Both the position numbers and the translations under genes were made by a program. Below are positions 20,648 through 31,830 of a stretch of 64,000 nucleotides of DNA, piece after piece. Position 1 is the stretch's first letter, and the number at the start of each line of letters is the position of its first letter. The stretch comes from Candidatus Levyibacteriota bacterium (GTDB lineage: Bacteria > Patescibacteriota > Microgenomatia > Levybacterales > UBA12049): NCBI GenBank assembly GCA_038253825.1, contig JBBSGT010000003.1, positions 463 through 64,462 of the forward strand, read 5' to 3'. The notes below the pieces were generated by a model. It was not told the DNA's origin. It worked only from the letters and a program-made list of their open reading frames with translations, and ran no database searches.

Positions 20648-21750
20648 CTATACTGATTCTAAATTGGCGAGATATTAAAAACCCTGCCGGAGGAGGAGCG
20701 GAAATCTTAACCCATGAATTGGCAAAACGATGGGTCAAACATGGTCATAGTGTCATGCAAATTAGTTCATCGTTTAAAATGGCAAAAACAAACGAAACTA
20801 TTGATGGGGTGCAATTTATTCGGAAAGGCACTTGGTGGACAGTGCAGATCTATGCGTATTTTTATTACAAGAAATATTTGAAGGATAAAACAGATATTAT
20901 AATTGACGAAGTTCATTGGTTTCCATTTTTTAGTTATTTATATGCCCCTAAAAAAACAGTTGCATTAATTTGTGAAGTTGCGAATAAACTTTTATATCAA
21001 ATTTTCCCATATCCTGTTGCACTCATGTGGCGGTTCATTGAAAAAATCTATTTAATTGCTTATCGAAATGTCCCGGCTATGGCTATCTCTCAATCGACCT
21101 ATGATGATTTAGTAGAGGAGGGGCATATTAAAAAAAATCTTATTGTTTTGCCAATGGGTTTAACGTTACCTGTAAAGATAAAACATTTTGCTAAAGAGAA
21201 AACACCTACGCTTATCTATGTGGCGCGTCTAAACAAACAAAAAGGATTATTTGATACAATTCAGGCCTTTGCATTAATAAAAAGCGAAATAAAAGAAGCG
21301 AAACTTTGGCTTGTTGGTTCAGGTGATCCAACAATAATTAATCAGGTTAAAAAGCAAATTACTTTGCATAAATTAGATGGAGCGGTAAAATTATTTGGCT
21401 TCGTCTCTGAAGAAAAAAAATTTGAACTTCTTTCGCGGGCACATATTCTTATGAGTGCTTCAGCACAGGAAGGCTGGGGGTTAACTGTCCCTGAAGCTGG
21501 TCTTACAAGAACACCGGCTGTCGTATATAATATTCAAGGATTTCGAGATATTATCCAAGATGGAAAAGAAGGTATGTTAGTTGACAAAAATCCTGGGGCA
21601 TTAGCAAACGGAGTTGTAGCATTATTAAATAAAAAAGAGTTATACAAAAAAATGCAGGATGCAGTAGAGAAGAAAGCCAAAAGTTTTTCTTGGGATACTT
21701 CAGCAGAAAAAAGTTTACAATTTATCAATTATTTCTTAGATAAAAAATAG
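20644..21750 (+). CDS. GT4 glycosyltransferase
   Basis: NWRDIKNPAGGGAE, ARL..QKG, EGWGLTVPEA. Confidence 0.88.
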   Translation: MTILILNWRDIKNPAGGGAEILTHELAKRWVKHGHSVMQISSSFKMAKTNETIDGVQFIRKGTWWTVQIYAYFYYKKYLKDKTDIIIDEVHWFPFFSYLYAPKKTVALICEVANKLLYQIFPYPVALMWRFIEKIYLIAYRNVPAMAISQSTYDDLVEEGHIKKNLIVLPMGLTLPVKIKHFAKEKTPTLIYVARLNKQKGLFDTIQAFALIKSEIKEAKLWLVGSGDPTIINQVKKQITLHKLDGAVKLFGFVSEEKKFELLSRAHILMSASAQEGWGLTVPEAGLTRTPAVVYNIQGFRDIIQDGKEGMLVDKNPGALANGVVALLNKKELYKKMQDAVEKKAKSFSWDTSAEKSLQFINYFLDKK

Positions 21751-24476
21751 GACTTTCGGGCATAATAATATATTTCATAACAAACAAAGAGTAATATGAG
21801 CCCCCATAAAACTCCAGAAAAAATTAAAGATAATTTATACACTTTATTAGGAAAATAATTTATTTCTGTTATCTTACCGTCATTGGCTATGAATGTCATA
21901 CCATATAAATCACTCATAAATTTAGTAGATGGTGTATTGCTCTGCCAATAGTCTCCATAGCTAAAATGATAAGTAAGATATTTAGCCGGTTTCATTACTG
22001 TCACCTTATCTTCTCCTACTATCGTATACTGCGTTTTTGATGAAATTTCACTTGGAGTATGGTTAAGAACAGTCATATGAGATAAATTAGTTTTAACATT
22101 CTTCTCTTCAGTTAGAAAGATTTTATCCGGTACCAGTACTAGCTGATCTATAACAGTAAAATGAGTATCCGGTTTTGTCAACGTAAGATACGATAAGGAA
22201 CGGTTACTGGTAACCGTTCCACCATATATCCATTGTAAATGGTTTTTTGTATCAAGAGGAATACTTTTTGTGGTATCTCCCAATGTAATAGTGAGATTGG
22301 CGAGGCCTGGGGCAGATAGAGCTTTTAAAAGTATTATATATCTTCCTGCGGCGAGAGAATGCCTTATATGCATCAATCCGGTTGTTTGTGATACAACTGA
22401 TCTGCCACTGGTAAATAACTCACCACTATTCTGAATATACGGCATTTTCGATGGTTCAAAGTTAGAAAAAATTTTATCATAATCCCATCCAGCTTTTAGT
22501 ATGTCGACATTATAATTATGTGCCAATCTCTCTGATGTCAATACAAGGGAAGGGTTGTCTGTATCAATAACTAAATCTTCTTTTTTTAGGATAGATAAAT
22601 CCTTTATTTCACTATTGACCATTTGATTGAGTAGAATTATTGGGCGAGTAGAGCCATTTTTATTATTTTTAGCAATGGTATTAAGATTCCCGATAGCGAA
22701 AATGGGTTTTTGGGTTAAGACTAAAGGACTAGCATGTTTATTTTCAAAGAAACTAAGAGTACTGTTTTTATATAATAATTGATAATCATTTTTGCTGTCA
22801 CTGAGCAGATCCGCTGCTTGTGTAGCAACTTCTTTTGCTGTGTCAAATTTTGTGAGAGAATTATCAGTAATCAAATATCTCACACCTAATGGAGTAAGAT
22901 AATGAGCATTATATGATTCAGTATAATTTTTATAGAGAAAGGCTGTTATCTGATTTGAGTAACTATCAGGATATGCTTCAGTACTAACTAATGGCAGCTC
23001 AAAGGGGATAAGCATATCAAAGACAGTACCTGATGAGAGCGGTAACGGATTGTTATACCATGAGTAAGCATTTATCCCTTGGAAGTCTGGAAGAGGAAAT
23101 ACTCTTCCTTCTTTTTTATTGCTTATATTAGTGGTGATAAAATCCTGAAGTTTACTATATGAATCAGGGATCATCGTTCTCTGAAGCGTAAAAATTCTCG
23201 GCACAGAAATATTTTTATAATTGACAAGTAAAATTATTACTAAAGAGATAGTAATGAAAACAATTTTCCACCATTTATTTATAACGGTTTTTGGAGTAAA
23301 ATCCGCAATAATAAGTGACATACATAATACTACCCCACCTAAAAAACGCGAAGGGTCTCTAAAGTAATGCATGAAAAAAAGATTTTGATATATCAATTTA
23401 CTAATGTTCTCTCCAGGAGTATGTAATCCTTTCGCTAAAAACAAAAAAATAAGCAAACAACTAAAGTAGAGCCAAGTGCGCTTTTTGTTAAAAATAAAAA
23501 GAATGAGTGTGATAGCTATAGGAATAAGCTGTAAGTATTCAAATGCTGTCCATGTAAATGTTGTGAAAGGATACCAGACAGTTTCAAGTCTGAGTACATT
23601 GTAAAGTTGGGATTGTGCACCATTAGATGCTACTGCATTGAGTGAAAAATATTGATTGGGCGCAGTAAATGTACGTTCTGGATAAAGGACGCTCGGCGAA
23701 ATATTATATAAGTTGAGCAATAGAAAGATGATCGTGGCTATGCAATAGAAGCTAAGTAATTTAGAAATATGAAAAAAATCTTTTCTTAATAATAAAGTCA
23801 GTAAATGAAAAAACTCCTGCCATAATTAAAAAATGCGGTTGGGCAAGAACAATGATTGATCCGAATAAGGCATAGAGTACTGACCAAAATGAAAGATTTT
23901 GCCAGGTAAACTGCTTTTGATCTGCAACCTTTAAGGGAATAGTAATTAAAAATGGCAATAAAGCATACACGATATTTAATTGCCAGTAACCCGAATAAAG
24001 TCTATCGATAATCCAAAGATTTCCACAAAAAAAAATTGCCCCAAGAATAATAAATACATTTATTTTTTTGACAAGTTTAAGTGCTAAAATAAATGTTATA
24101 AAAGATAAAAGAATGGTTATAAAAAAGTAAATATAATCCCAATTGTTCGGGAATAGTCTCTGGAAAGCGTATAATGAAGATAAGATTGGCAGTGTTCTTA
24201 AGCCTGAATCAGATCCCCATACGAAATCAGCAATTGGCCGGATGGGAATACCTTGCTGATACGCTCCTAGTTCTATAAGGCTGTTTGGAAGATTCCAAAG
24301 TCGTGTTAAAAGTATGAAGAAGTTATTACTTACAATGAATTCTCCAAATGCTAAAATGTCCATAAATAAGGTAAATTCCTACGCAATATTGCAAAAAATA
24401 TAGAATAATAGTATCATAATTGCAGGTTTTAAAGTAGAGTAAGACTATATGTCTGCAGAATCTTCTTTCGTATCAA
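21729..24476 (-). pseudogene. Frameshifted AftD/DUF3367-YfhO-like large GT-C membrane protein (5' start uncertain)
   Basis: ORFs 23761-24363 and 21729-23720 join by a +1 shift at A6 (23808-23813) or A7 (23772-23778), reading ...GVF/HLLTLLLRKDFFHISKLL...NLYNI. LAKG and FRDPSRF motifs are shared with 35769-37793. A further stop (TAG 24379-24381) or shift lies at the 5' end. Confidence 0.7.
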
Positions 24477-24510
24477 TAATAATTTCAGTTTAGCAATTTG
24501 TAATAAAAAT

Positions 24511-25344
24511 ATGAATCAAAAACAAGAAAAAAAACCACTTATTACCATTGCAATTGCTACATATGATTCTGGTAACACAATAGAAAAATGTCTCAAATCG
24601 ATACAAAAACAAACATACCCCAATCTTGATATTATTGTTGTTGATAGTAAATATTACGATAAGTACAAACAAGAAGCTTGTAAAAAAATAATCACGAAGT
24701 ATGCTCGATATTTTAAAGATGGTCCTGAGCGAAGTATTCAACGTAACAGAGGAATAAAAGAAGCAAAAGGGGAATATATATTAATTATTGATCAGGATAT
24801 GTATTTGTCACCTAACGTTGCAGAAGATTGCCTGAATACATTGTTGAAAAATAACTGTCACGCCATATTAATCCCTGAAATTTCAATAGGTGAAGGGTAC
24901 TGGACTAAATGCGTGGCACTGGATCGCTATGTAACTACTTATTTGGAAGATGGAAAAAATGAATGTTGCAGATTTTTTAGTAAAAAGGATGCATTAGTAA
25001 TTGGTGGATATGATCCTACAATTGTTGGTGCCGAGGATGCTGATTTTCACTACCGCATGTCAAAATTAGGATATATAAAGAAAATAAAAAGTATTATTTA
25101 TCATGATGAAGGGGTTACAAAATTTTCTGCCCGTGTGAAAAAGAAATATTATTATAGTAAAGCATTTCGGAGATTTGTCCAGAGATATCCCGATGCAGCT
25201 ACTGCGCAGTTTTTCCCATTAAAGAAAGCCTATTTTAAGCACTGGAAATTATTCATTAAAGACCCACTAGTTACTTTAGGTATTATTACGCTTAGAACTG
25301 CTGAGGTCAGTGCTGGTATACTAGGGGTAATGATAAAAAAATAA
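24511..25344 (+). CDS. GT2 glycosyltransferase
   Basis: GPERSIQRNRG, IDQDM, GGYD....EDAD. Confidence 0.85.
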   Translation: MNQKQEKKPLITIAIATYDSGNTIEKCLKSIQKQTYPNLDIIVVDSKYYDKYKQEACKKIITKYARYFKDGPERSIQRNRGIKEAKGEYILIIDQDMYLSPNVAEDCLNTLLKNNCHAILIPEISIGEGYWTKCVALDRYVTTYLEDGKNECCRFFSKKDALVIGGYDPTIVGAEDADFHYRMSKLGYIKKIKSIIYHDEGVTKFSARVKKKYYYSKAFRRFVQRYPDAATAQFFPLKKAYFKHWKLFIKDPLVTLGIITLRTAEVSAGILGVMIKK

Positions 25345-25345
25345 T

Positions 25346-26272
25346 ATGAGCACAATTTCACTAAAAAATAAAAGAGTTCTTATAACAGGAATCAGCGGTT
25401 TTGTTGGTATGCACTTAGCCCGAGCTGTAGAGAAAAAAGGTGCTAAAGTATTTGGAATATCAAGATCTAAAGAAAATTTAACAATTTTTAGATCTAACGT
25501 TATAGACTTTTCAAAAATAAATGAAATTATCAAAAAGAACAAGATAGAAATATGTTTTCATTTAGCGGCAGAATCTCTTGTGGAATCTGGACAAAGTGAT
25601 CCATATCAGACATTTAAGATTAATATAATAGGAACACTTAATCTGCTCGAAAGTGCGCGAATTAATAAACTAGAGAAAATAATTATTGCTTCAACATCTC
25701 ATGTTTATGGTAATAATCCTGTGCCGTATAAGGAGGATTACCCTCCGAAACCATCACGTCCCTATGAAACATCAAAGACATGTGTTGATCTCATTGCACA
25801 GTCATATGCAGATACATTTAATTTGCCTGTTCTTATTCCTAGGTTCAGCAATACGTATGGACCAGGTGATACGAATTTTAATCGTTTAATTCCGAAAACA
25901 ATACAAAGTGTTCTACATAATGAAGCACCCAAAATGTGGGGAGGAGATGCATTGAGAGATTACATTTATATTGATGACGTTGTCGATGCATACATAAAAC
26001 TTGCAGAGATACCTTCAGCCACAATTGAAAAAAATAGAATTTTCAACTTCGGTACAGGAACGACAATATCGGTAAAAGATGTTATTGCAAAAATCATTGA
26101 CGTTGCAAATGCAAATTTAAAAATAGAAACTAATAATGAAGTAAGATCCTTAGAAATTAGCGAACAATTTGTATCTTCCGAAAAAGCAAATCGTATAATC
26201 AAGTGGAAACCACAAGTAACTTTTGATGCAGGAATTGTAAACGCTATTGCTTGGTATAAGGCAAATAGTTAG
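25346..26272 (+). CDS. Extended SDR NDP-sugar epimerase/dehydratase/reductase
   Basis: TGISGFVG, HLAA, ASTSHVYG, PYETSK, RFSNTYGPGD, RDYIYIDD. Confidence 0.85.
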   Translation: MSTISLKNKRVLITGISGFVGMHLARAVEKKGAKVFGISRSKENLTIFRSNVIDFSKINEIIKKNKIEICFHLAAESLVESGQSDPYQTFKINIIGTLNLLESARINKLEKIIIASTSHVYGNNPVPYKEDYPPKPSRPYETSKTCVDLIAQSYADTFNLPVLIPRFSNTYGPGDTNFNRLIPKTIQSVLHNEAPKMWGGDALRDYIYIDDVVDAYIKLAEIPSATIEKNRIFNFGTGTTISVKDVIAKIIDVANANLKIETNNEVRSLEISEQFVSSEKANRIIKWKPQVTFDAGIVNAIAWYKANS

Positions 26273-26322
26273 AAATAGTTCTATGTTGCTTTTGGACTGC
26301 TGTCTCTATATAATTTAGTTAC

Positions 26323-27498
26323 ATGATTAAGCTTATTAAATCAACCTTTTATAATGAAAAAGATACAAAGAAGAAATTGGTCGACTTCATAAATACGACG
26401 GAAATGATGAGTTTTGGTCCTCAATGTAATACCTTTGAAGAAAAATTTGCAAAATGGCAAGGACGGAAACATTGTATATTTCTTAACAGTGGTAGTTCAG
26501 CAAATCTTGCTATCGTCCAAGCCTTAATTAATTTAGGCAAAATAAAACAAGGAAATAAAGTCGGATTTTCTCGCCTCACATGGTCAACCAACGTCATGCC
26601 ACTGATTGAATTAAGTTTGGAAGCTGTGCCAATTGATGTAGAAATCGATACACTTAATGTTTCAAGTGCCAAACTTCGTGAGATACTAAAACGCCACACC
26701 CTCGAGATGGTATTTCTTACTAATTTGCTGGGCTTTTGTGATGATATTGATGAGATTAAAAAAATTTGTGATGAAGAAAAAATAATCCTGATTGAAGATA
26801 ATTGCGAATCTCTCGGGACTGTTTATAAAAAGAAGAAACTTGGGAACTACGGCCTCGCAAGTACCTTCTCGTTTTATGTTGGCCATCATATGTCCACAAT
26901 TGAAGGTGGAGCAGTATGTACTGACAGTGAACAACTCGCCACTATGTTGCGAATTGTTCGAGCACATGGATGGGATAGAAATCTTAGTGAAAAGCGTCAA
27001 ACAAAATTGCGAAGCAAACATAAAGTTAATTCAACATTTTACTCTCGCTATACATTCTATGATCTAGGCTATAATTTAAGACCCACAGAAATTAATGGTT
27101 TCATCGGGAATACGCAGGTACAGTATCTTGATGAAATTGTCAAAAAAAGAGAGGAGAACTTTATGCAAATTGCAAAGGCAATTTATTCACAATCGGATAA
27201 ATTTTATCCTGTCCGATATGATCACATTGATGTCTTATCAAATTTTGCGTTTCCGGTTGTTTGTAAAACAAAAAAAATTCGGGATGAATTAGTAGACAAA
27301 TGTAACGGAAAAATTGAATTGCGGCCAATTGTGGGCGGTGATATGACTAAACAACCATTCTTCCAAAAGCATGTAAAACGCTTCAAGTTATCTAAATCAA
27401 ATGCGGCGCTGATTCATGAGCAAGGACTTTATTTTGGAAACAATCCAGATTTGACCGAAAAAGACAAAGAAGAAATTTTCGCAATTTTTGCAAAATAG
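26323..27498 (+). CDS. DegT/DnrJ-family PLP enzyme of ColD type (NDP-4-keto-6-deoxyhexose 3-dehydratase)
   Basis: NSGSSANL, EDNCESLG, SFYVGHHMSTIEGG (His in place of the catalytic Lys), RAHGW, GYNLRP. Confidence 0.75.
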   Translation: MIKLIKSTFYNEKDTKKKLVDFINTTEMMSFGPQCNTFEEKFAKWQGRKHCIFLNSGSSANLAIVQALINLGKIKQGNKVGFSRLTWSTNVMPLIELSLEAVPIDVEIDTLNVSSAKLREILKRHTLEMVFLTNLLGFCDDIDEIKKICDEEKIILIEDNCESLGTVYKKKKLGNYGLASTFSFYVGHHMSTIEGGAVCTDSEQLATMLRIVRAHGWDRNLSEKRQTKLRSKHKVNSTFYSRYTFYDLGYNLRPTEINGFIGNTQVQYLDEIVKKREENFMQIAKAIYSQSDKFYPVRYDHIDVLSNFAFPVVCKTKKIRDELVDKCNGKIELRPIVGGDMTKQPFFQKHVKRFKLSKSNAALIHEQGLYFGNNPDLTEKDKEEIFAIFAK

Positions 27499-27502
27499 AT
27501 GT

Positions 27503-28669
27503 ATGAAAATTGGTGTACTGATCGACAGAATGAATGTCGGAGGGGTTGAAAAAATTGCGATAGAACAAGTCAGAGCCCTTCGTGAAATTGGTGAAGATGC
27601 CTATTTAGTTATCCTTCATGAAAGTGCCGTCGTTGAAAATGCTTTCCCAGATTTAGTAAAAACAATTCCTATTATTTATCTCGATCAAAGGGTTAGTAAA
27701 CCTCTCCGTCTTTCTTTTCAATTTCCCGTCTTTCATTTTTTTTCATCATTTCATTTGACCTATCCATTTATCATTCCTTTTGCTTTGAAGAAAAAAGAGT
27801 TTGATTACTTCATTGTTCATGGAACGTATACCGCCTTTTCTGCAATAATGATTAAAAAAATTGCTAAAATTCCATTTTCAGTTTTTATTTGGGATCCGAT
27901 TGATTATATTTTGGGAAGAATGTATGCAAATAACTTTTTAGCACCTGTTCTTGCCATCTTACATGCACTGGCACGCTTTTTGGATGCACTTATCTTAAAG
28001 AATACAGATGCGATTCTTGTCGGAGGAGATGCTCATGATAATTATCTCAAAAAAATTGCACCGCAAACACCAATAATTACTATTCCTCCTTCAGTCCATC
28101 CGTTGAAAAAACTTACTGCGAAAAAGAAAAATTATATTCTTATGGTTACAGCTTGGAAGGAAGGAAAGAATCCAGAATATATTTTCGGACTACTAAAAGC
28201 ATATCCAAAGTTCGCTGTTGTTATGGCAGGAAAATGGCTTGATCCAAATCTTCTTAAGGTATTCCAAAAAAATGTTAAAGTTAGCGGTTTTACTAAACAA
28301 ATAACAGTCACTGGTCAACTTTCCGAAGGACAATTGACCCAATACTATTCAGAAGCACTCTTTTTATTACAGACAAACGACGACCGGGGATTTGGCCTTC
28401 CTGCGTTGGAAGCTGCAGGACATGGAACTACTTTTCTTATTCCGAGAGGACAAGGGGTTTGTAATTTATTTACAAACGGTACTCATGGTTACTATGTTAA
28501 AGAACATGATACAAATACTATTGTAAAAAAGATTAGCGACTTATACGAAGATAAAGAAAAAGCAAAAAAAATGGGTAAGCTAGCTTGGGGAAAAGTTATT
28601 AAGAATTACAGTTGGCGGCAACATGCCGTAAAATTAGTTAATCTAGCAAAGCGATATGAAAAAAAATAG
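27503..28669 (+). CDS. GT4 glycosyltransferase
   Basis: GGVEK, GKNP, RGFGLPALEA; start moved to ATG 27503. Confidence 0.82.
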   Translation: MKIGVLIDRMNVGGVEKIAIEQVRALREIGEDAYLVILHESAVVENAFPDLVKTIPIIYLDQRVSKPLRLSFQFPVFHFFSSFHLTYPFIIPFALKKKEFDYFIVHGTYTAFSAIMIKKIAKIPFSVFIWDPIDYILGRMYANNFLAPVLAILHALARFLDALILKNTDAILVGGDAHDNYLKKIAPQTPIITIPPSVHPLKKLTAKKKNYILMVTAWKEGKNPEYIFGLLKAYPKFAVVMAGKWLDPNLLKVFQKNVKVSGFTKQITVTGQLSEGQLTQYYSEALFLLQTNDDRGFGLPALEAAGHGTTFLIPRGQGVCNLFTNGTHGYYVKEHDTNTIVKKISDLYEDKEKAKKMGKLAWGKVIKNYSWRQHAVKLVNLAKRYEKK

Positions 28670-29681
28670 TCCACTTATCTCAATAATAATTGTTAACTGG
28701 AACGGAAAAAAATGGTTAAAGACATGTCTTGATTCTTTAGCAAAACAAACATATAAAAATTTTGAGATATTGTTCGTCGATAATGCATCAAATGATGATA
28801 GTGTGGAATATGTGAAAAAAATGTATCCACATGTAGCCATTTTGCAAACAGGGAGTAATTCAGGATTTGCAGGCGGAAATAATTACGGTCTGAAAAGAGC
28901 AAAGGGAGAATATATTTTACTTCTTAATAACGATACAGCTGCCCCAAAAGATCTGCTAAAAAAATTACTTAAGGGATTTGAAGAATTTCCAAATGCTGGC
29001 TGTATTCAGCCAAAGATGGTGTTACTTGATGATCCATACAAAATTGATTCAGTTGGATCGTATTGGACTGATACATCGTTTCTTTATTATTATGGTTTGG
29101 GCAAGAATTCTGAATTAGCAAAATATAATAAATCAATGCAATTTTTTTCAAACAAAGGGGCATGTGTTATGATTCCGAAAGATATAACCGACAAGATAGG
29201 ACTTTTTGATGAGGATTTTTGGTGCTATTACGAAGAAACAGATTTTTGTCATCGTGTATGGCTTGTAGGCTATGAGTGTTGGTACTATCCCAAAACAATA
29301 ATTTATCACGCAGGCGGCGGAACAGCATTACGCTTTGATAACAGTTTTATCCAATTTCATAATTTCAAAAATAAATTGATGAGTTTTCTCAAAAACTTTG
29401 AAACCGGCAATTTATTTATGATCATTCCTATTTATATTTTTTTAAATATTGTTATTAGTTTTATTTGGTTATTCCAAGGAAAACTCAAACATTTCCTAGC
29501 TCTTTACCAAGCAATTGGTTGGAATATCATGCATTTTAGTAGCACACAAAAGAAACGAAAACAGATACAATCAATTCGGAAAAAAACTGATGCACAAATA
29601 TTTTCTATAACGAAGAAGAACCCAACATTCTCATATTACATCACACTTTTAAGAGGTAATACCGAAACTTATACAGATTAA
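28656..29681 (+). CDS. GT2 (GT2_like_c)
   Basis: VNWNG, VDNAS, GFAGGNN, LLNNDT, FDEDFWCYYEETD. Confidence 0.88.
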   Translation: MKKNSPLISIIIVNWNGKKWLKTCLDSLAKQTYKNFEILFVDNASNDDSVEYVKKMYPHVAILQTGSNSGFAGGNNYGLKRAKGEYILLLNNDTAAPKDLLKKLLKGFEEFPNAGCIQPKMVLLDDPYKIDSVGSYWTDTSFLYYYGLGKNSELAKYNKSMQFFSNKGACVMIPKDITDKIGLFDEDFWCYYEETDFCHRVWLVGYECWYYPKTIIYHAGGGTALRFDNSFIQFHNFKNKLMSFLKNFETGNLFMIIPIYIFLNIVISFIWLFQGKLKHFLALYQAIGWNIMHFSSTQKKRKQIQSIRKKTDAQIFSITKKNPTFSYYITLLRGNTETYTD

Positions 29682-29690
29682 TTTTTGATT

Positions 29691-30188
29691 ATGAGTAGAC
29701 AAATATTTTTTGATAAATTTTTTCATGGATGGCTCTATATTACGAGTGTATTTCCCAATGTCTATAGAGGATGGTTATTGAAATTGCGATCAGAAAAAGT
29801 AGGGAATGGATTACGTATTGATAAAGATTGCCTTTTTTATCATACGAGTAAATTAAAAATTGGTAATAACGTCTGGATAGGTCGACGTGCGTTTATTTCT
29901 GCAAGAGGAGGTCTAAGCATCGGTGATGATTCGTTGATTGCTTTTGATTCAGTCATATTAACAGAACATCATATTTATAAAAAGGGTGTCTTAATAAGAA
30001 CAACCGGTTTTTCTATAAAGCCTACTGTTATCGGAAATAATGTATTAATAGGTGCAAAAGCTGTGGTGATGCCGGGTGTAAAAATTGGAGACAACGTCGT
30101 AATTGGAATAAATAGTGTTGTAACAAAAAATATCCCATCAGGAAGTATTGCAGCAGGGGTTCCTGCGAAGATCATTAAAAAATGGTAA
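29691..30188 (+). CDS. Hexapeptide-repeat (LbH) sugar O-acetyltransferase
   Basis: IGNNVWIG and IGNNVLIG repeats, VVTKNIP, AGVPAK. Confidence 0.85.
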   Translation: MSRQIFFDKFFHGWLYITSVFPNVYRGWLLKLRSEKVGNGLRIDKDCLFYHTSKLKIGNNVWIGRRAFISARGGLSIGDDSLIAFDSVILTEHHIYKKGVLIRTTGFSIKPTVIGNNVLIGAKAVVMPGVKIGDNVVIGINSVVTKNIPSGSIAAGVPAKIIKKW

Positions 30189-31828
30189 ATAAGAGGTTAA
30201 GGAATTATACATATCTTTATCTCACTTCATTAGGAGTAACAATTCTTCTCTATTGGAGGCTTTTTCTCACGTTTTATCAACAAGATGAATGGCAAGCATT
30301 AGGACATTTCAGTGCTCTTGGTTGGAAAGCCATAGGTGAAAATTTAACCCCACTTGATTTACTTTTGGCAAAGGGTCGACTGCTAACTGTAGGTATTTAT
30401 GACTTAATTTTTACGTATGAGCCATATGGCGTCATAACTATTTCAATAATAACTATTCTTCTTCATGCATTAAACGGATTTTTAATTTTTCTTTTGATGC
30501 AAAAAATTTTCAAGAAGAAAATAATCAGTATATTCGCATCGCTCTTTTTTCTGACAAATGCTGTTGCAAATCAAGCTGTGATTTGGTCGGGAGCATCAAT
30601 TGCAATTATCGGCAGCACTACATGTGTCCTCTTATCTATGAGTTATTTTCTCTCATTTTTAGAAAATGAAAAGTATCGTGATTATATTCTTTCATTTCTC
30701 TTTCTTTTTATATCACTACAATTTAAAGAAAGTGCATTGGCAATTATTCCATTTTTTGTTGCCTTTGCTTTTTTTTTGAAATGGAAAATATTACCAAAGA
30801 AGTTTTATCTTATTTCACTTATTCCGCTCATTTACTTCATCCTTTTTCTTACTCTACGTGTTGGAGGATCTTTGGCATCAACACAAAAAGTTGGAGACTA
30901 TGTGAACCAATCACATAACGTAAAAGTAGTAATCGTCGCAAATGGGATAACTTATTTCGTGACCAGTGTTGCACAAATATTTTTCCCTGCTGATTTTATT
31001 TATCCCCTTGCTACCAAATTTTTAAAGGCAGAATATCAATCGTTGTCTGTTAATCCTCAGTTTGATCTTATTTCCCAAACAGTTATAACGGATATGATAA
31101 ATACTCTTGTTAGTCTTCTCTTTCTTGGTTTATTATTTATGTGCGCAATCTGCCGAAAGCAATTAACGCTGTTGTGGTTTTTTCTTGGAATTCTTGCAGT
31201 TACGTTACTTCCTTATATTATTATTCAACGAGGAAGTTCCTATCTCGAATCACGTTATTACTATTTACTATTGGTACCGATATGTGGTTTCTTGGGAATT
31301 ATCTTAACTGCATTTATAAAGTTCAAACAGAAACTTTATTTTATCGCTTTTTCTGTTTTTCTACTTCTATTAATTTCCTCATATGTATTACTAGACCAAA
31401 AAGAGTTGATAAAACAACAGAATTTAGCAGAAACCAGGATTGCGATTCTTCATACTATAAAACAAGAAGTACCATCACTTCAAAAAAAGACTGTTTTTTA
31501 TATTCAAAGTGATCAATCTTATATTCTTCCAACAAATCCACTACCCTTTCAAGAAGGCATAGGGTACACTTTTTTAGAATATCTTCATAATACAAATAGC
31601 AAAATGCTTGATGCACTTCTGATTAATAACTTCTTGTGGGATATAGGTACACAAGGATACAAAACTATTGATGGCTATGGTTATGGTCTCTTTACAGATA
31701 AGTATACTATAGAGAATGCATTAAAGGAAAAAAAGTTTACAAAAGATGCTATTATAGTATTCTACTGGGATAGTAAAAAACAGAAATTACGGAATATAAC
31801 AAAATCGTATCATATAAATAGCCACTAA
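30182..31828 (+). CDS. Multi-TM GT-C-like glycosyltransferase
   Basis: QQDEW acidic loop, LHALN, QAVIW, FKE, SRYYY; resembles the C-half of 44092-47142. Confidence 0.6.
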   Translation: MVNKRLRNYTYLYLTSLGVTILLYWRLFLTFYQQDEWQALGHFSALGWKAIGENLTPLDLLLAKGRLLTVGIYDLIFTYEPYGVITISIITILLHALNGFLIFLLMQKIFKKKIISIFASLFFLTNAVANQAVIWSGASIAIIGSTTCVLLSMSYFLSFLENEKYRDYILSFLFLFISLQFKESALAIIPFFVAFAFFLKWKILPKKFYLISLIPLIYFILFLTLRVGGSLASTQKVGDYVNQSHNVKVVIVANGITYFVTSVAQIFFPADFIYPLATKFLKAEYQSLSVNPQFDLISQTVITDMINTLVSLLFLGLLFMCAICRKQLTLLWFFLGILAVTLLPYIIIQRGSSYLESRYYYLLLVPICGFLGIILTAFIKFKQKLYFIAFSVFLLLLISSYVLLDQKELIKQQNLAETRIAILHTIKQEVPSLQKKTVFYIQSDQSYILPTNPLPFQEGIGYTFLEYLHNTNSKMLDALLINNFLWDIGTQGYKTIDGYGYGLFTDKYTIENALKEKKFTKDAIIVFYWDSKKQKLRNITKSYHINSH

Positions 31829-31830
31829 TT

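Noticed and set aside
26323-27498. Calling it a perosamine-type aminotransferase or Fe-S E1 (RfbH)
   Set aside because: The catalytic Lys is replaced by His and the E1 cysteine cluster is absent
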